Shown: piece after piece, positions 1 through 15,830 of the stretch
How positions within the stretch are numbered: the stretch's first letter is position 1
How the letters are laid out: the number at the start of each line of letters is the position of its first letter
From: Paramecium tetraurelia
Lineage: Eukaryota
DNA length: 64,000 nt
Reading direction: 5' to 3'
Assembly (NCBI GenBank): GCA_000165425.1
Contig: CT868418.1
Location: 1 to 64,000, forward strand
Notes under the pieces: generated by a model
Told to the model about the DNA's origin: nothing
The model's database searches: none
What the model saw: only the letters and a program-made list of their open reading frames with translations
Program-made: the position numbers and the translations under genes

Positions 1-1300
1 CACCCATCAAATGGCTAAATGTTAAAGTCTTTACATTAATAAACTTCATATATATCAGTAAATAATGAAAAATCTCTGATTCCAAACCAAGAAGTAGAGC
101 CATCTGTTTAAGTTAATACCTCTATTCTAAGATTTTCATTTTTATGTTCAAAATCTGATATTTCAACTTATATGACGGTGAAGTTTTATCATATTTTAAT
201 TGAAGATAGTACTTATGAATTTGAAGATTAAGTTGCTACCAATTCGTTATCAATTTTTATTTTTGCTGTTGATGTAGGATAATTGAATATCAAGACTTTC
301 AAGTTAAAACTAATCATACTATGATGCTTCAAAGCAAAATCTTTGATAAGATTATCCCCTTATGATCTTAAAAAATTGAAACCTATATAGATTTATTATC
401 AATACCTGTACACGATGATATTTATTAGGAAACTATGTTGTTAGTCATCCATCCATCATCTAAAGATATGGAGGAGAAAACTTTTTTATTAAACGATTAA
501 TAAACTAATTCCCAAAGATTTTGAGTAGTATTTTCCACATTTAAATTAAATTCAGAAAATCCCCAATAATTCTCATTAGAGACCATAGTAATTTAAACCG
601 AAGAACTTGAGTGAACAATATTTTGTGATATTTAATATGATCCATATGGTGGACAATTGTTTGTAAGACTGAGTTGGGAAGTTAAGATAAGTAGTTAAAG
701 GTTGTTATCAACATATAAATAGAATTTATATTAATAAGAGGATTTACTATCTTCATAAATATAATTACATCCAAAGTTTAAATGACAGGTTGATTAAATC
801 ATGTAATGGAAGCTCAAAAGTTTTTGAAGTTAAACCATTAAAATAGTAGTTTAAGCATTGGTTCATAATTACTATGTTTGATAATCCACAATTTACCACA
901 GAATAACTATGATATTCCATTTAGTAAATATTCCAATCTTAATATAACAATAACATACCAAAGCTTGTTGATGTAAAAGCTCCATAAAAATTACTATAAA
1001 TTAGTTCTGATCTACTAATTGTTATTAAGAGGACATAAACTTTCACAAAAAATAGTGTTTTCATTGTAGATATCTCTTAGTTCTATAAAATTCAAAAAAA
1101 AATTGATTTATTTTATAATTATCAGCCTCTATAATTCTATTAACTCCAAAATAAATTAATTAGAAATCACTGTCAAAGCTAAATGCATATTCAAGACATC
1201 TTATTCTAATATGATACTTAAATTTATTAAATATTTATTTGTAATTTAAAAATATACTTATGTAAATATATCAATTTTATTTTTAATTCGCTTGGTTTAT
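1..1300 (+). pseudogene. Partial, disrupted coding-like region (unknown protein)
   Basis: Frame 1 reads as protein in the ciliate code (HPSNGQMLKSLHQQ...; ...KLVDVKAPQKLLQISSDLLIV...) but has in-frame TGAs at about 670 and 910 and frame switches that I could not explain by introns. It runs off the window start. Confidence 0.4.
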
Positions 1301-1332
1301 ATTAAATTAGGAAGATAAACTGGAGCATAGAA

Positions 1333-1413
1333 GTCAGTTTGGCCGAGTGGTTAAGGCGGTGGACTTGAAATCCACTGGGTTTACCCGCGCAGGTTCGAAT
1401 CCTGCAGCTGACG
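1333..1413 (+). tRNA. tRNA-Ser (anticodon UGA)
   Basis: Acceptor stem GTCAGTT/AGCTGAC with G discriminator; D arm GCCGAGTGGTTAAGGC; anticodon arm GTGGA-CTTGAAA-TCCAC (TGA at 1366-1368); long variable arm; T arm GCAGG-TTCGAAT-CCTGC. Confidence 0.97.
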
Positions 1414-1414
1414 A

Positions 1415-1420
1415 TTTTTT
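1415..1420 (+). terminator. RNA polymerase III oligo-T terminator of the tRNA
   Basis: T6 run immediately after the tRNA 3' end. Confidence 0.8.
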
Positions 1421-2099
1421 CTAAGGTTGAATCATATTTGGATATAATCGATGGTTAAAATAATTCTTTCAAAAAAGATAAATAGTTATATAAGGCTACT
1501 ATCTTAATTGATCTCAGGTGGTTTAATTAGAACTGTCTAGTTCAAGTTGTCAATCATTCTAAAAGAATTTTAAGAGTTTTTTTATTGGAAAGGTTTTATA
1601 TTATTTAGCTTAGAAAATTTAAATGATTTCTTTCTTTTTGGTCTTGTCAATTCAAAATGATCTTACAATCCTTCAAGTTTTTAATTTATATTAAATACAA
1701 TAATGAGTTTAATTATCATCCTACAATCATTAATGTTGGTCTGGATATAAACTTTAATAGAATTAAATTAATGAGAATTATTAATTAAAACCTAATAAAC
1801 ATAGGATTTAAGAATGTATTCTAATTATATTAAATATTAAATTATAGATCACTTAAATTTTATATATTGATTTAAAAAATATTCCAACACGAAAAATAGT
1901 AGTTCCTAATGTTATTTATTTTATATTTATCCAACTTTCTAAAAATGACTTTCCTACTGCTATAACTATACATAATAATATATGAAACAATGAAGAAATC
2001 ATAATGAAATTATTTATAAAATGTACTTTAGTGACTAATAATAATGCAAATTTATAGAATCAATAATCCTTTCATTTCTTAATCATACTATTAGAACGT

Positions 2100-2845
2100 T
2101 TATTCAATTTTATTTCCTTTTTATTTGTCTACATTCCAATAATATTATTAAAACTTCTTAATTTCTTGTTAATGCTTTCTAAATACAGAAGTCTCATCTT
2201 TTAATTTCTATAATTTGATATGGATAAATAGATTTTTTTGAATGTTCATTTCATATTCTTTAAACTGTTTAATTTTATTTTTCATTTAAGATATTTATTT
2301 AATCTTTGCTTTAGAATTCATTTTAGATTACTAAAAATTCATTCTTTATCAGAATCCTAAAATTAGTTAGTTTAAAGACACTTGATTTCTTATATTTGTC
2401 TTAGTTAATATAATATGAGTAACTTATTGATTTTTTAAGTCTGATTATCTTTTAACATTCTTCTCATAACCAGAACTTATGAGAAACTTCTCTTTATAAG
2501 GTTTCAAGAAACTTTCTAAAATCTACGCTTTATAATCCAAAATATTAATCTAGATGTAACTTTAACAAGTGTCTTGGATACTTTAGATTTATGAGAATTA
2601 TTTTCTGTCCCTTCAGATAAAATATCAGAATGAGTTTCTGTTTCATCAATTTTTTCAATTCAAATTGGCTTTGGTTTTTTTATTTATTTCTTTAAGTAAG
2701 ATCAATATATAGAGGATTTGCTTTTTCCTTTCGAAGTAGGGATGTAAATTTGTTCTTACTATTTTGCATACTCTCAAATAATTCAATTTAACAATAATTA
2801 AAATATATTTCGTTTAGAAAAAAAGGACTGATATTTATTTTTCAT
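2100..2845 (-). pseudogene. Hypothetical or decayed gene
   Basis: ATG at 2845 and protein-like stretches (IEKIDETETHSDILSEGTENNSHKSKVSKTLVKVTSRLIFWIIKRR), followed by TGA or frame breaks. The 3' end is not resolved. Confidence 0.3.
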
Positions 2846-2956
2846 GGTAATATTAGAATTAAAGTAAGAATATCATAAAATAAAATGATTCATAGATATG
2901 AGGAATTTGATAATAATAAAATTTAATGTTAAATATGAATATATTGAAAATTCATT

Positions 2957-3835
2957 TCAACGAGGTGCTTTTTACTTAGTCTTTCTAATTCCAAACTTTT
3001 TTACTATTTTGATCTCTTTGGCATCAACCTTCATTTATTCTGAAAGTGTTTATTTTTAAATCCTTTACAAATACTCCTTATATTCCTTCTTCTTCTCTGT
3101 GGCCATCTCCACTTATTATTGTAATTCCTACTAAAATTAACTATACTTAGTATTGAGTTAATCTTCTAACTTGGTAAAATAATTAATTGTCACTTAATAA
3201 AGGTCCTACATGAGAATTAAGATATTTAATTTATTATAAAGAAATTATAATCAATCTATTAAGGATTTAATTAAATAAATAATAAATAAATATTAAGTTA
3301 TTATTTCTTTTTAGGAGTCTTGTTTTTACTTTGCTATTTTCTTTATAAATGTTTAGTTTCTTGAATATTTTATGTCTGAGTTCTATTATAATTCTAATTT
3401 TAGTATAATCCTGCAGTATTGTTGGCTACTTTCAGTGATTATTATTTTTCATATTCAGGATAAGTTTAGAGCTGAGAACTGAAAGTAGGTTATATTAAGA
3501 GTATTGATTGGAGACATACCTACACCATACCAAGAACTTTGATAGTAAAATTTAATTTATTAGAAGTATTATTTTTGAATTTATTACTGCTTTCTTCTTT
3601 AGAAACAAAAGCCCAAACTTCAATAGGCTAATGATTTTTTTAGTGATTCTTTAAATTTGTTTTAACTTCTTCAAATTTTCATAATTTTCTAAATATAGGG
3701 TTTCAGGCTAAGCACAAATAGGATCAGCTTGCTTATTTAATTATTTATATTTTTCACTAAATACTAATATATATTTTTTATTAGAGTATGTCTCTAAACT
3801 AGATAAGAGTCTCTCTTCTAAATGTAAGAAACCAT
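2957..3835 (-). CDS. Hypothetical protein (possibly disrupted)
   Basis: Clear 3' end ...TLSEQMKVDAKEIKIVKKFGIRKTKQKAPR-TGA(2957). The 5' part needs introns or frameshifts that I could not fully resolve. Confidence 0.4.
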
Positions 3836-3950
3836 TTTTAAATAAGACTCTTTTTAGAATATACAAACATAAGGGAAGTTTATGTTTTGGTTTCAGATAT
3901 TATTCTAAATAATTATTTATAAATCAATTAGTACTCTCTCAAATAAATAA

Positions 3951-5949
3951 ATGAGCAATTTCAACTTGAAATACAAATTGTTAGAGACTAATGCTGGAAT
4001 ATTATACTAAGCAGAGGAAGAAAATGAAAGGCAAAAAATAAATTACTATGCATATGATTTATCACCTGATTTTCAAGAAAGATGCTTTAAAGAGGAGGCA
4101 AAAATAGAAAATTGTAAATCAATTCGGCAGCATGTGAAATAAATCCTTTATTAAAATAAACCAAGGATTCTTTTTCAGTATTAGGATGGCTTAACTCTAG
4201 ATAGAATTATTTAAGAATATAGGGCAAAAAAGGAATCTATTGCTTTTACTGAAATTCGCCTCTATTTAATTTAGATTCTTGATACACTATACCATCTTCA
4301 TAGTCATTATATCTTAGGTCGAGTATTTTCAACTAAAAATATTCTCGATTGCTAAGGATAAATTTTATTCCTGGACTTTGGATTTGGCCCAAAAATTATG
4401 GAGTAAAATGTCGATTTAATTGCACCACCTGAAATAATTGAGAGTGTATTTCTTGAGAGAGGTAAAAATTGAAAAATACCATAGAATAATCTCATAATTA
4501 ATACAATATGAAGGTTGATTCTTGGCTATTAGGAGCAGTGCTGTATCATTTAGTTAAATTAAGTCCTATAAACACAATAGAAATAGAGAAAGGGAAAGTC
4601 AAATGCATGTAATTTAAAGACACTCCTGCATATTCCGCATATTTAAATAATAGAATAAACCAGAATATTAAACACATAGAAGCATTAACTGACAGATATG
4701 ACAAGGAGTTTTGCTACTTTATCTAAGGACTATTAACTTACGACCCTAATAGCAGGCTTTCATTTTTATAAATTTATAAACATAGTTTTATTTAAAACTT
4801 AAAAATTCCAAATTACCAAACTTATTTGTAATTTTATGAAAATTACAATGAATAACAATTGATCAAATAAATAATGTTGTACGAAGATCATGGTTCTAAA
4901 ATATTGAAGACTGGGTTACTTCTGAATGGATAAAATCTTTAATAACAAATCGTATAACCAGAGGACAAGTAAGAATATAAATATGTTATATTTAGCATTC
5001 CTCACTTGATTCTCGACAGTAATAGGTATATTCAAAACAATGAAGATATTGAATTTCCATTAACTTCATAAAGATTAAGTGAAAGTATTCAGTCGGAAGT
5101 AAAGGATAATAGTATAGAATATTTATTTGTGCATCAGATATAAGGCCTGAATGTAATTCTACTGTCTATATATAGGAATCTTCATTTTATTAAATATGGT
5201 TACGAATAAGAATGGAATTATTCAGATTTACATTTTTAGAACTAGTTGCTTAAGAACTTTAAGAAGAATTACCAAAAAAAGAGTTTAAGTTAGAGCATGT
5301 TTGTGCTTATTCTTTAAGAAAGATGGGATATTTAATTTTGATTGATTTATAAAAGAAAATCAATGAAGATGTTTTTCCCTGGAAAAGTCATCAACAGGAT
5401 AATTAAAAATGGAAAGACTTTTAGAAGGAAACTTAGAAATCTATTTTGGAAAACAATATCAAAAGGAAAATTATAGAGATGGAGCCGACCCTCAAAGAAG
5501 AATTTCTAACACATTGTAAAATCTATTTAGATGATTAAAGAATTGATAAGGTTATTCGAGAAGAATTATAAGCAGATGAGAGATGTTTCTAAACTTAAAA
5601 AATAGAAAGTCAACCAATTTATAAAACTTATTCTAATGACTTTTTGAAAAAAGGATATCGATAGATTATGTAAATGGCGTACAATTTTTTATAACGAGAG
5701 CAGAAACTCGCTAAAAAGCCAGAATTAAAATATAATACCTTATTGCTGAAAATTATAATATGCCATTTAATTAATAGGATATTCAATCTTGATAGATTAT
5801 CAGTTTCATTTAAAAGAATTTTACAAAGCAGAAACAGGCCTCCCTTAAGCCTGATTAGTCCAAATGAGATATATGAATACATTTGCAGAGATGGAGAAAA
5901 TGAAAAAATTCAAGATATTCAGTACCTTTTATAAGTTGAATCTGAATGA
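3951..5949 (+). CDS. Protein-kinase-fold pseudokinase with C-terminal helical domain
   Basis: MSNFNLKYKLLE...LYHLHSHYILGRVFSTKNIL...LDFGFG...IAPPE...KVDSWLLGAVLY...LLTYDPNSRLSF; two 23-nt introns restore the frame; ends ...LLQVESE-TGA. Confidence 0.85.
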
Positions 5950-6186
5950 TTATATGCATAAAAATATAAAAAAAATAAATACCAAAAATAATTACCATTG
6001 TAAAATAAAACATATCAATGAAGTGCCATATCAATATTATTCAGTATAAAATTTTAGAATTCTTTACCTATTAGACTTTTTTGGGATTTTAAAAAAATCT
6101 AAAAAATCTATGTTCTAACATTTTAAATTTAACAGAAAAAATATTTAAATAACTTTAAAAAAATTAATACAACTTAATTAAAAAAA

Positions 6187-7214
6187 TCAAAAAGCCATAT
6201 AAGTTGAAGATTCTCTAATAGGGGATTAATACTTTAAATCCATAGGTGAAACACAAGTTTAGGCTTCCTATGATTATCTCAAAGGCGAACCAATGATGGC
6301 TTTCAAATTGACTTTACTTAAAGGTGAATTAGATTTTTAAACTGAGATGGATTGCCTTATCATCATCTCCTTTTAATTTCTCATTTTTTTGAACCATGTT
6401 CCAGAACCAATGCTTTGAGCAGTTGGTCTTCTATATGGCGATTTCTCGAGCATCATAAGTATCTGATCTTTGCACTCATAACTAATATCCTTTCTCATGA
6501 AGATATTATCGACATTCGGAAAATTATTATGTAATAATTCCTTGAATATTATATAAAAATACATATAAAACAATGCCTAAACTCCAAATATCGACCTTCT
6601 CACTTTGAGTTCTTATCTAAATCACTTCTGGTGGCATATACTCAATTGTACCACATAATTATGGAGAGACTTCCCCATAAATCATATTGGTTGCCCAAGT
6701 GAAATCTGCAAGTTTTACTTCATCTTGGTCTGTCAGAAGAATATTGGAGAGCTACAATTTGATTAATGAGATACTTTGATATCTCTGTGTAATATGTTAT
6801 TTTAATGTAAATGCTGGACTGCCGATAAGATTTATGAAAAATAATGGAAGGCTTTCTCTTCTTTAAAAGGGCCACTCAGTTATAACTTACGGAATAAGCA
6901 CCCTCCGCTACAATATTCTAGCATCATATAGAGAAATATGTCATCTTCAAAAGTATCTACCATAGCAACTATATTCGGATGGGACTAGGTTTATTATATT
7001 TTCATTTCATTCCTTAGATTTTATATGTCTTAGGCACTAAGAGACTTTTTAATGACCTTAATAGTTAGATAATTTATACAATTTTAGCGGCTAAGTATGT
7101 TCCATTACTTTCGCATTAAGCTAAGCACACAACACCATAAGCTCCCTTTCCCAAGACTTTCTCAAAGATTATGTATTTTCCTTTTGTTCCTTTGACTATA
7201 ACTTGCTAAGACAT
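6187..7214 (-). CDS. Aurora-like Ser/Thr protein kinase
   Basis: LGKGAYGVV, AAKI, NEMKIQ, HPNIV, LHRDIK/LSNIL, LADFTWA, CGTIEYMPPE, KVDIWSLG; three short introns. Confidence 0.9.
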
Positions 7215-7678
7215 TTATTTATTTATTATATAAACTAAGACATATCAATTTGCACTTAACAGTATATTTTCTGTGCGTTTTTTGTTTGAATATTAGATAA
7301 CATGGTAATAAGTGATTTTGCATTAATTTCAACATCTGAACTAAAACACACTAAAACATGGAAATGGTTTTCTTGCATATTTTTGAGACGTCCATTGTTT
7401 ATTTAAAAATAATGACTTAATGATGACCAATAATTTTTTACTAGTTTTATAAATTAAATTTTTTAATAATATATATTATATTTTAGTTATTAATTAAATA
7501 TATTATAAATGAAATAGAAGGAAAATATTTATAAAGTTCATTAATCATAATTAAAACATTCAAACTAAATTATATTGTTTAAATTATTTTATTATTTTGT
7601 TAAAATCCTATAATTAAGATTACTAAAATCTAATTTATGTGATAAAAAAAAAACAAATTTGTTTCTCCAACTAAATTT

Positions 7679-8852
7679 ATGAAAAGATAGCGATCACAAT
7701 CCTGGGATACTTCTAATCATGATTCTAGTGAATTAATAAGATAATAATCGGAAAAACCCTTGAAGGATGAAAATGTTTGATGTTGCTAAATAAAGAGTAT
7801 TTTTGCTATGATTGTTAATCATCAAATAATTAAAGATATTTCTATCATTGAGACATATAAGGAAGTCGATAAAGTCTCAATCCATCAAAAAAACTATGTC
7901 AATTATGCGATAAAAAATAAAAACAGACTATTTTGATTATCCTGTTGCTAATAGATATTCTTAATTCAAAAAATTATATAAATAAGTAATTCAGAATATT
8001 CTATTATTTATGTAGTACAAACGAATGATTACGCAAAGAACATATATTACTATTGATTTATACAATATGTAAAAGGAAATGATTTAAAACCTGAATTTAT
8101 TAACTTTTTAGTAAGTTTTTCAACAAATTTAAGTTAGAAGATAAAGATGCTTTGCAAGAATTATAACCGTTTTCTGAAATCTACTAAGAAAGAAGAACCC
8201 TTTTAACTAGTTATTAACAACAACAAATACGATTATAACTCAAGAGATAATTTGCCCACTAATCAAGCTCGAAAGAATAACAATGACTTTTAGAGTAAGA
8301 TCCTACCTTAGAATAACTCCAAGAAATTATAAATCAACATCTATATCTTGGAAATTAGTCCAAGGTATTATTTTGGTTAATTAAAGAGTTTGAAAACCAT
8401 ACTTTCTAGTATATCTAAGATTAAATAGTTAGGACTATCCATCCATTGAAATACAATTTGGAAAAAGCCATTGAGATTTTAACAACTGCTAAATAGAAGT
8501 GGGTGACCTCTATGGTTTCTAGATAATTATTAAGAAAATTAGATGATAATAGATATATCTTATCAAAAAACCTATTTATGGCAAGTTAAATAATTGTTTA
8601 AGAAAGTAGTCTTTTTCTCATAAGAGACAAGATTAATTCTATTAGGTAAATAAGTATTATATTATTGTATCATTCTTATGCTCGAAATTATAAATAAGTT
8701 CTGGAGTATATGAAAATGGCATTAAAACAGTACTATCATTTAAAATATCTTTAATAAAGTTTAAAAAATTATAATTTACCCCTTTGCTTTTAAAGGAAGT
8801 AAATTATTTTGAGAAGAGTATAAAACAATTATAAATTTTAGAATCTGAATGA
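7679..8852 (+). pseudogene. PX-domain (sorting nexin-like) gene with frame disruptions
   Basis: PX hallmarks (YVNYAIK..DYPVANRYSQFKKLYKQ; FIQYVKGNDLKPEFINFL) lie in different frames. There is an extra A in the run at 7912-7917 and a second break near 8050. Ends ...LESE-TGA. Confidence 0.6.
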
Positions 8853-8970
8853 AATTATTATGCAATTAACTTAATGTCGTTTCTCCATTGAATTTTACAC
8901 AAGAAATTATATTTAATTGCATTATTAAATTTTGTTTGTTGTAAAAATACGAAAATGAAGAATAACATAT

Positions 8971-10802
<1,832 letters not shown>

Positions 10803-10869
10803 TTTTAATTATATTATATAATCTAATTTCTAATAAAGAAATATTATATATATATATAGAAATGTAAAA

Positions 10870-13153
10870 TCATTCATACCTAAATTTAGTATTATTTTAT
10901 TGCATCAATAGAGGAAGAGATTGTAATTTGTATCCTTTTGGAGGATTCTACAATTTTAAACTAAACACCTTGGGTTTAAGATAGGCACCATTCATTCCCT
11001 ATGGATTGGTCTATTAATATGTAAATTGAGATGATATTATCTATTGTTTAGTTGGATTCTCTTATGGTTTCTCCTGTTCATTATCCTAATTTTATTTCTA
11101 AGAGAATTTAATATTTTTAGTATTCTTTTTAATTGCAAATTGTCTGACATTTTTAATTGCTATACCCTACAAGACTCCCTTAATTTATGAAAGTGGAGAT
11201 TAAATGTTTTGTCCATTTTGATACTGAATGTGCGAATTATTTAGTCTTTTGTCCTCCTTTCTTTACTAAAAAAAGTCCAAAATCTACAACTCAAACCCTC
11301 GTTTATCCGTTTAAGCATAATAATCTTTGATTGATTCCAATGACTATTATTAATAATCTTCATAAGGAACGTAATTATCATTGTCAACCTCGGGTATGGT
11401 ATTTATTTAATTTGGAGGTTGCTCTTCCCCCTCTTAAATTACTTCATTCCCTTTATTCTATTCATTTTTAATAATTGGAAATAAATTAGTATTGATTCTA
11501 CTCTGAATATGTTTATACAGAGTGCTTCTCTTCTCAAGTTAAATCTTCTTAGGTAAAGATTAAGATTTATTTTGAGAATCTTAATTTATTTATAGAGATT
11601 CCTTTTTCTGGTTTCTTCTTATGTCTAAATTAATTAAATAATAATTTACTTGCTCCAGTCCACTCCTCGTAGATCTTTAAAGAATGTTGTAAATATTCCT
11701 CATAAGATTTAGAACATGGATAAATCAATTCAAAATTACCCTTATTCTACGATTCATAGTCGTCTCGTTATCTTTAAAGTTATAATTTGATTTATTTCTT
11801 CTCTTCATTTGTTAGCTTTGTCTTTTTACCTGTCAAAACTCTCTTTTACATTTCATCCTTTTTCTATTAAATAACCTCATTCTTTGTTTTTAGATTGATA
11901 TTCATCAATGTAATAGTATCAGTTATTAAATTCTTTTTAATGTATTGATCCAATGGTGTATCAGCCGTAAAACTAGGTGTGTGATTGACTTCAAGTAAAA
12001 ATGGTTTCAAAGATCTGTCTATAAGAATATCAAAGCCAAGAATCTCAAAACACATATTATTAGCATAATTATCAACTTGGGTGTAATTTTATTGTAAAAT
12101 TGGCTAAACTGAACAAAATGTTTTTATTATTAAATCTTTTATATCATCCATCAATTGATCTACATTATGATTCTAATTTTTAATAAAATAATTACTAAAT
12201 CTCTTAGAAGTTGAAAAACACTTGACATACTTCTTTTGTGTCCAACATCCATTTTCTTTTCATCTTAATTGAAAATGAAATTTGGATTATCCTTATTTAT
12301 TGCATAATTTGTTAAATGCATGCATATATCCTCTAAATTGTTTAGGTTCGGAGCGATGTATGCTTGAGTTGCAAATCTTGCTAAGCCTTCCTTATACAAA
12401 TAAAGTCTTAAGGGATCGCAGCCACAAATCAACACGTACATTCTCAAATCAAATTTTAATCCGTCGATAAGAAGTGGCTTATGAATATATCTTTGTGCAA
12501 CATAATGTTCAGTAGGATTAATTGATTCTATGGAGCGAGTTAAGAAAATTCCTATTTATATAAAGTTGGAACCATACCTCTTCCTTAACATGATGCCTCA
12601 GGTTTGAGTATAAATGTTTTTGCCTTTCCAAATTATTGTTTGAAATCATTATACTCACTTGGTAACATCCAGGTTCTTGGATAAAAGTCATATTCTTCTG
12701 GGAACTGCTTTTGCATTTTGTTCAAATTCTTACCCAGATGGTTTTTGCGAGCCAATGAATACATGCCTGGAAAATGATTAATCTTCTGATGAGCTATAAT
12801 TATAGATATAAAATGTATGTTACATTGCATTTTGGCTAATGTTTCAGGGAGAACAGCATTGTCAGTCCAACAAAAATCCCAATTATTAATTTCCTAATAT
12901 GGAACATATTGTAGTTTGAACTTATAAATCATTTTTCCTACAAATTTCACTACGGGATACTGAGTGTCTATTTAGCAAAGTCTGAGATACCTGAAACATT
13001 CATTATTAAATTTTTATTTGTGTTTAAAAGCGATTTCTTTTTCTTCTTTTTATTTAACTCCTCATCACTCTCATAATCTTAGGATTAATCCTCGTTCTCC
13101 TCTTAACTATCTTCAAATTCTCCATTGAATATAATCTCTTTTTCTTATTTCAT
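10870..13153 (-). CDS. TTLL6: Tubulin polyglutamylase, TTLL6/13-like
   Basis: WDFCWTD, KINHFPGMYSLARKNHL, FYPRTW, KPEASCQGRGI, KFDLRMYVL, EGLARFAT, MHLTNYAINK, CFEILGFDIL, LLEVNHTPSF. Confidence 0.93.
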
Positions 13154-13253
13154 CTACTGTTATTAAATATAATGTCTAATAATTGATCAAAAATAATGAT
13201 TTTTATATGTATTATAGAAACATAAATATAATTAATAATTAAAGAATTTTAGA

Positions 13254-13800
13254 ATGACTGATAATTCCAATTAACCTCTCAATGCTCATCATAATTACTC
13301 TTAGCTTCAAAGAATAGGGAAAAAGGATCACAAAGAAAACACAGTTTCAAAAAGAAATAAAAGTTTCATCCAAACCTCCAAAAACTAATGACCTGTTAAA
13401 ATTAAGATTGATCTAACTTTACTAGATTTATTTCTTCATCAATTTAGAAAAAAGAAATACTTTAATTGAATTAAGCTTCCTTTTAGGATGATCATATCGT
13501 TGAATTTCAAAAATTTACGAAAATGCCATTAAACCATAAAAGTTGATATTGCATTTGAAAATGAATTGGGATAGAGAGTTTGCATAATTTTATTCATTTA
13601 TTTTGTAATAGCATTAATTCTAAGGCATTACAAAATATTTTGAGTCTAAACTTTCTGTTTTAACATTACTTTCCTAATAGTTGATTAAAGATATTTTACC
13701 CTGCATATTGAAACTAGATTTTGATTAATTTATGATTTATTATTAATTGATTGATTTAAGAAAAGCATTACACATAGATTAATTTAATGTCATAACTTAA
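13254..13800 (+). pseudogene. Coding-like relic
   Basis: ATG 13254 (MTDNSNQPLNAHHNYSQLQR) with an early TGA; protein-like text continues in other frames. Confidence 0.25.
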
Positions 13801-14173
13801 TTTATTATATTAAATTTTATATATGTACAATTTATTTTAATTTGTGATAAACGCAATTGCCTTAATCAAATTAGAAAGTTTTTTCTCACAGATTTTCTCG
13901 TTCTAGTGCAATTAACTATTATAATAAATTCTCATTCCAAAATAATCAAAAATATATTATAATCACTCGATTATAATGGAATTTGTAATGTTTAATTAAT
14001 TTTCATCACTAATTCTCTATGGTTTATATGTTCAAAAAACTGAGAAAAGATTAAATATAAAAGAATAAGCATTATAAAAATCACTTTAATCCACTCATCA
14101 ACCTATTACAAATTATCAACTCGTGGTAATAATATAGTAATTTTGATAGTGCTTAAACGTCAAATTATTTGGT

Positions 14174-14634
14174 TCAATTTTTTTATAACCATTCTATACA
14201 TCTTTATTTCTTATCTAAAGTAAATTATTGCATTTACCTTCTGTAAATTGCTTCTCTAAATAAATTTAATATAACTATTCGAAATCTAATTCTCTTTGGT
14301 CTTTATCCTTTTTAATTGTGTCTTGGGTGAAAGTGTTCTCCGAAAATGGTGAACATTCGGAATCCTCGTTGTTACATTTATTTTAATCTGTCTGGATTTT
14401 CCTTTTAAAAATGATATCAAAGTTGAGTGTCAAGGAATTCGAAAGACGCTCAACTTCTATTTCTGCTAGTTTCACTTATTCTTTTGTAAACTCTTTTTAG
14501 ATTAGGTGAGGATGAGGTTTTTATTTATATTGTTTGTAAATTTTTCGAAATTGCTTTAAAATAGGTACTTCTTTTTTCAAAGCAAACCGTTTTGAGCCTT
14601 GTTTATGGGAAGATTCTAAAGGTTATTGAAGCAT
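14174..14634 (-). CDS. Small hypothetical protein (~145 aa)
   Basis: MLQQPLEFSHKQGSKRFALKKEVPIL...; one 23-nt intron; ends CIEWLQKN-TGA. Confidence 0.7.
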
Positions 14635-15216
14635 GTTTAAGTGTCTTAAATAAAATATAACTGATAATAGATTAAAAAACTGATTATGAATACAAATGAA
14701 TTAGAATTATATTCAATACTCACTGGATTTTATCATAATATACTATGATTATAATATATCAATAATCTAAATATGAAATTTCTTAAATAATGTCTACTTA
14801 TTTCTAAATTTTTCCATCTTATAAATTCCGTATTTATAAAATACAATCCAAGTTGATAATTTGATTCATCTTAAAATGTTACTTTCGGAATAGAATCTTA
14901 CTTGATGATTTCAATTTAATTTAACGTTATAAATGAAATCTTAACATTAAATTTACTTATTTTTGTTAACTCTCCAAAGTAAAAATAGGAGAACTATTAA
15001 CTTTAATTACTATTTTGAAGAACTACAAAATGCCCATATGATACAAGCAACTCATTTCTCCTGATGTCAAAAGAAAGAGGACCCTTGATTAAGTCTATTC
15101 AATAGAAATTTTAACTTGTATTATTTAAAACAAGAAATTTATGTATTAAAACTATTTTTTTAATCTAAATAGTAAATGTTATTTCAAATTGTAATAAATT
15201 GTATTATATTATAACT

Positions 15217-15830
15217 ATGAATTATAAAAATTAGACTGGTTCTAGGGATAGAATATAATTTATTGAAAATAATAATTTTCTAGACATTCATAAGAATAAT
15301 GATTTATCAAAAATAAAAATCGATGAAACACAAGTTGATATATATGCACTTTAATTCCCGCAAATTATTAAATTAAATATTATAAATAAAGGAATTTTCT
15401 CACTTTTAAGACTCCGGATCATTTTTTAATAATAACTAAAATATGTAATTTAATGATTGATCAAATCTTTATATATATTTCAAGAAAATGCCTTCTTTTC
15501 TTAAGGTTAGATAAAATAATGCCTAAAAGGCCATCGCTTAGAATCAAAATAAATGAAAGAAACGAAAAATTGATAAAGCTTACTGTAAAACCTTTTGTAC
15601 ATCTTCGAAGAAAACATCTCTTATAAGCTAGTTTCTGCTGAAAGTAATTGGAAATAAGCCTATTCCTTATAATCATAAATTAAGATTATCTATCAATAAT
15701 ATGATCCATTTTCTAAAATTAAAATATTTAGAAAAACTAAAATGGATTATATTATTATATTCCTAGGAAATGACTTATTAGAGGAGATCATTTTTTCGAT
15801 TTACTACATATATATATTGTCAATTAATTA
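15217..15830 (+). pseudogene. Coding-like relic
   Basis: ATG 15217 (MNYKNQTGSRDRIQF...) with TGA near 15454; a further protein-like stretch (MPKRPSLRIKINERNEK) follows. Confidence 0.25.

Noticed and set aside
913..1368. Frame-1 ORF whose first TGA coincides with the tRNA anticodon
   Set aside because: The upstream gene is already disrupted and TGA-free runs are common with a single stop codon; most likely coincidence.
1333..1413. tRNA as a UGA suppressor or selenocysteine tRNA
   Set aside because: The anticodon is UGA (reads UCA/UCN Ser), not UCA, and the arm lengths are those of an ordinary tRNA-Ser.
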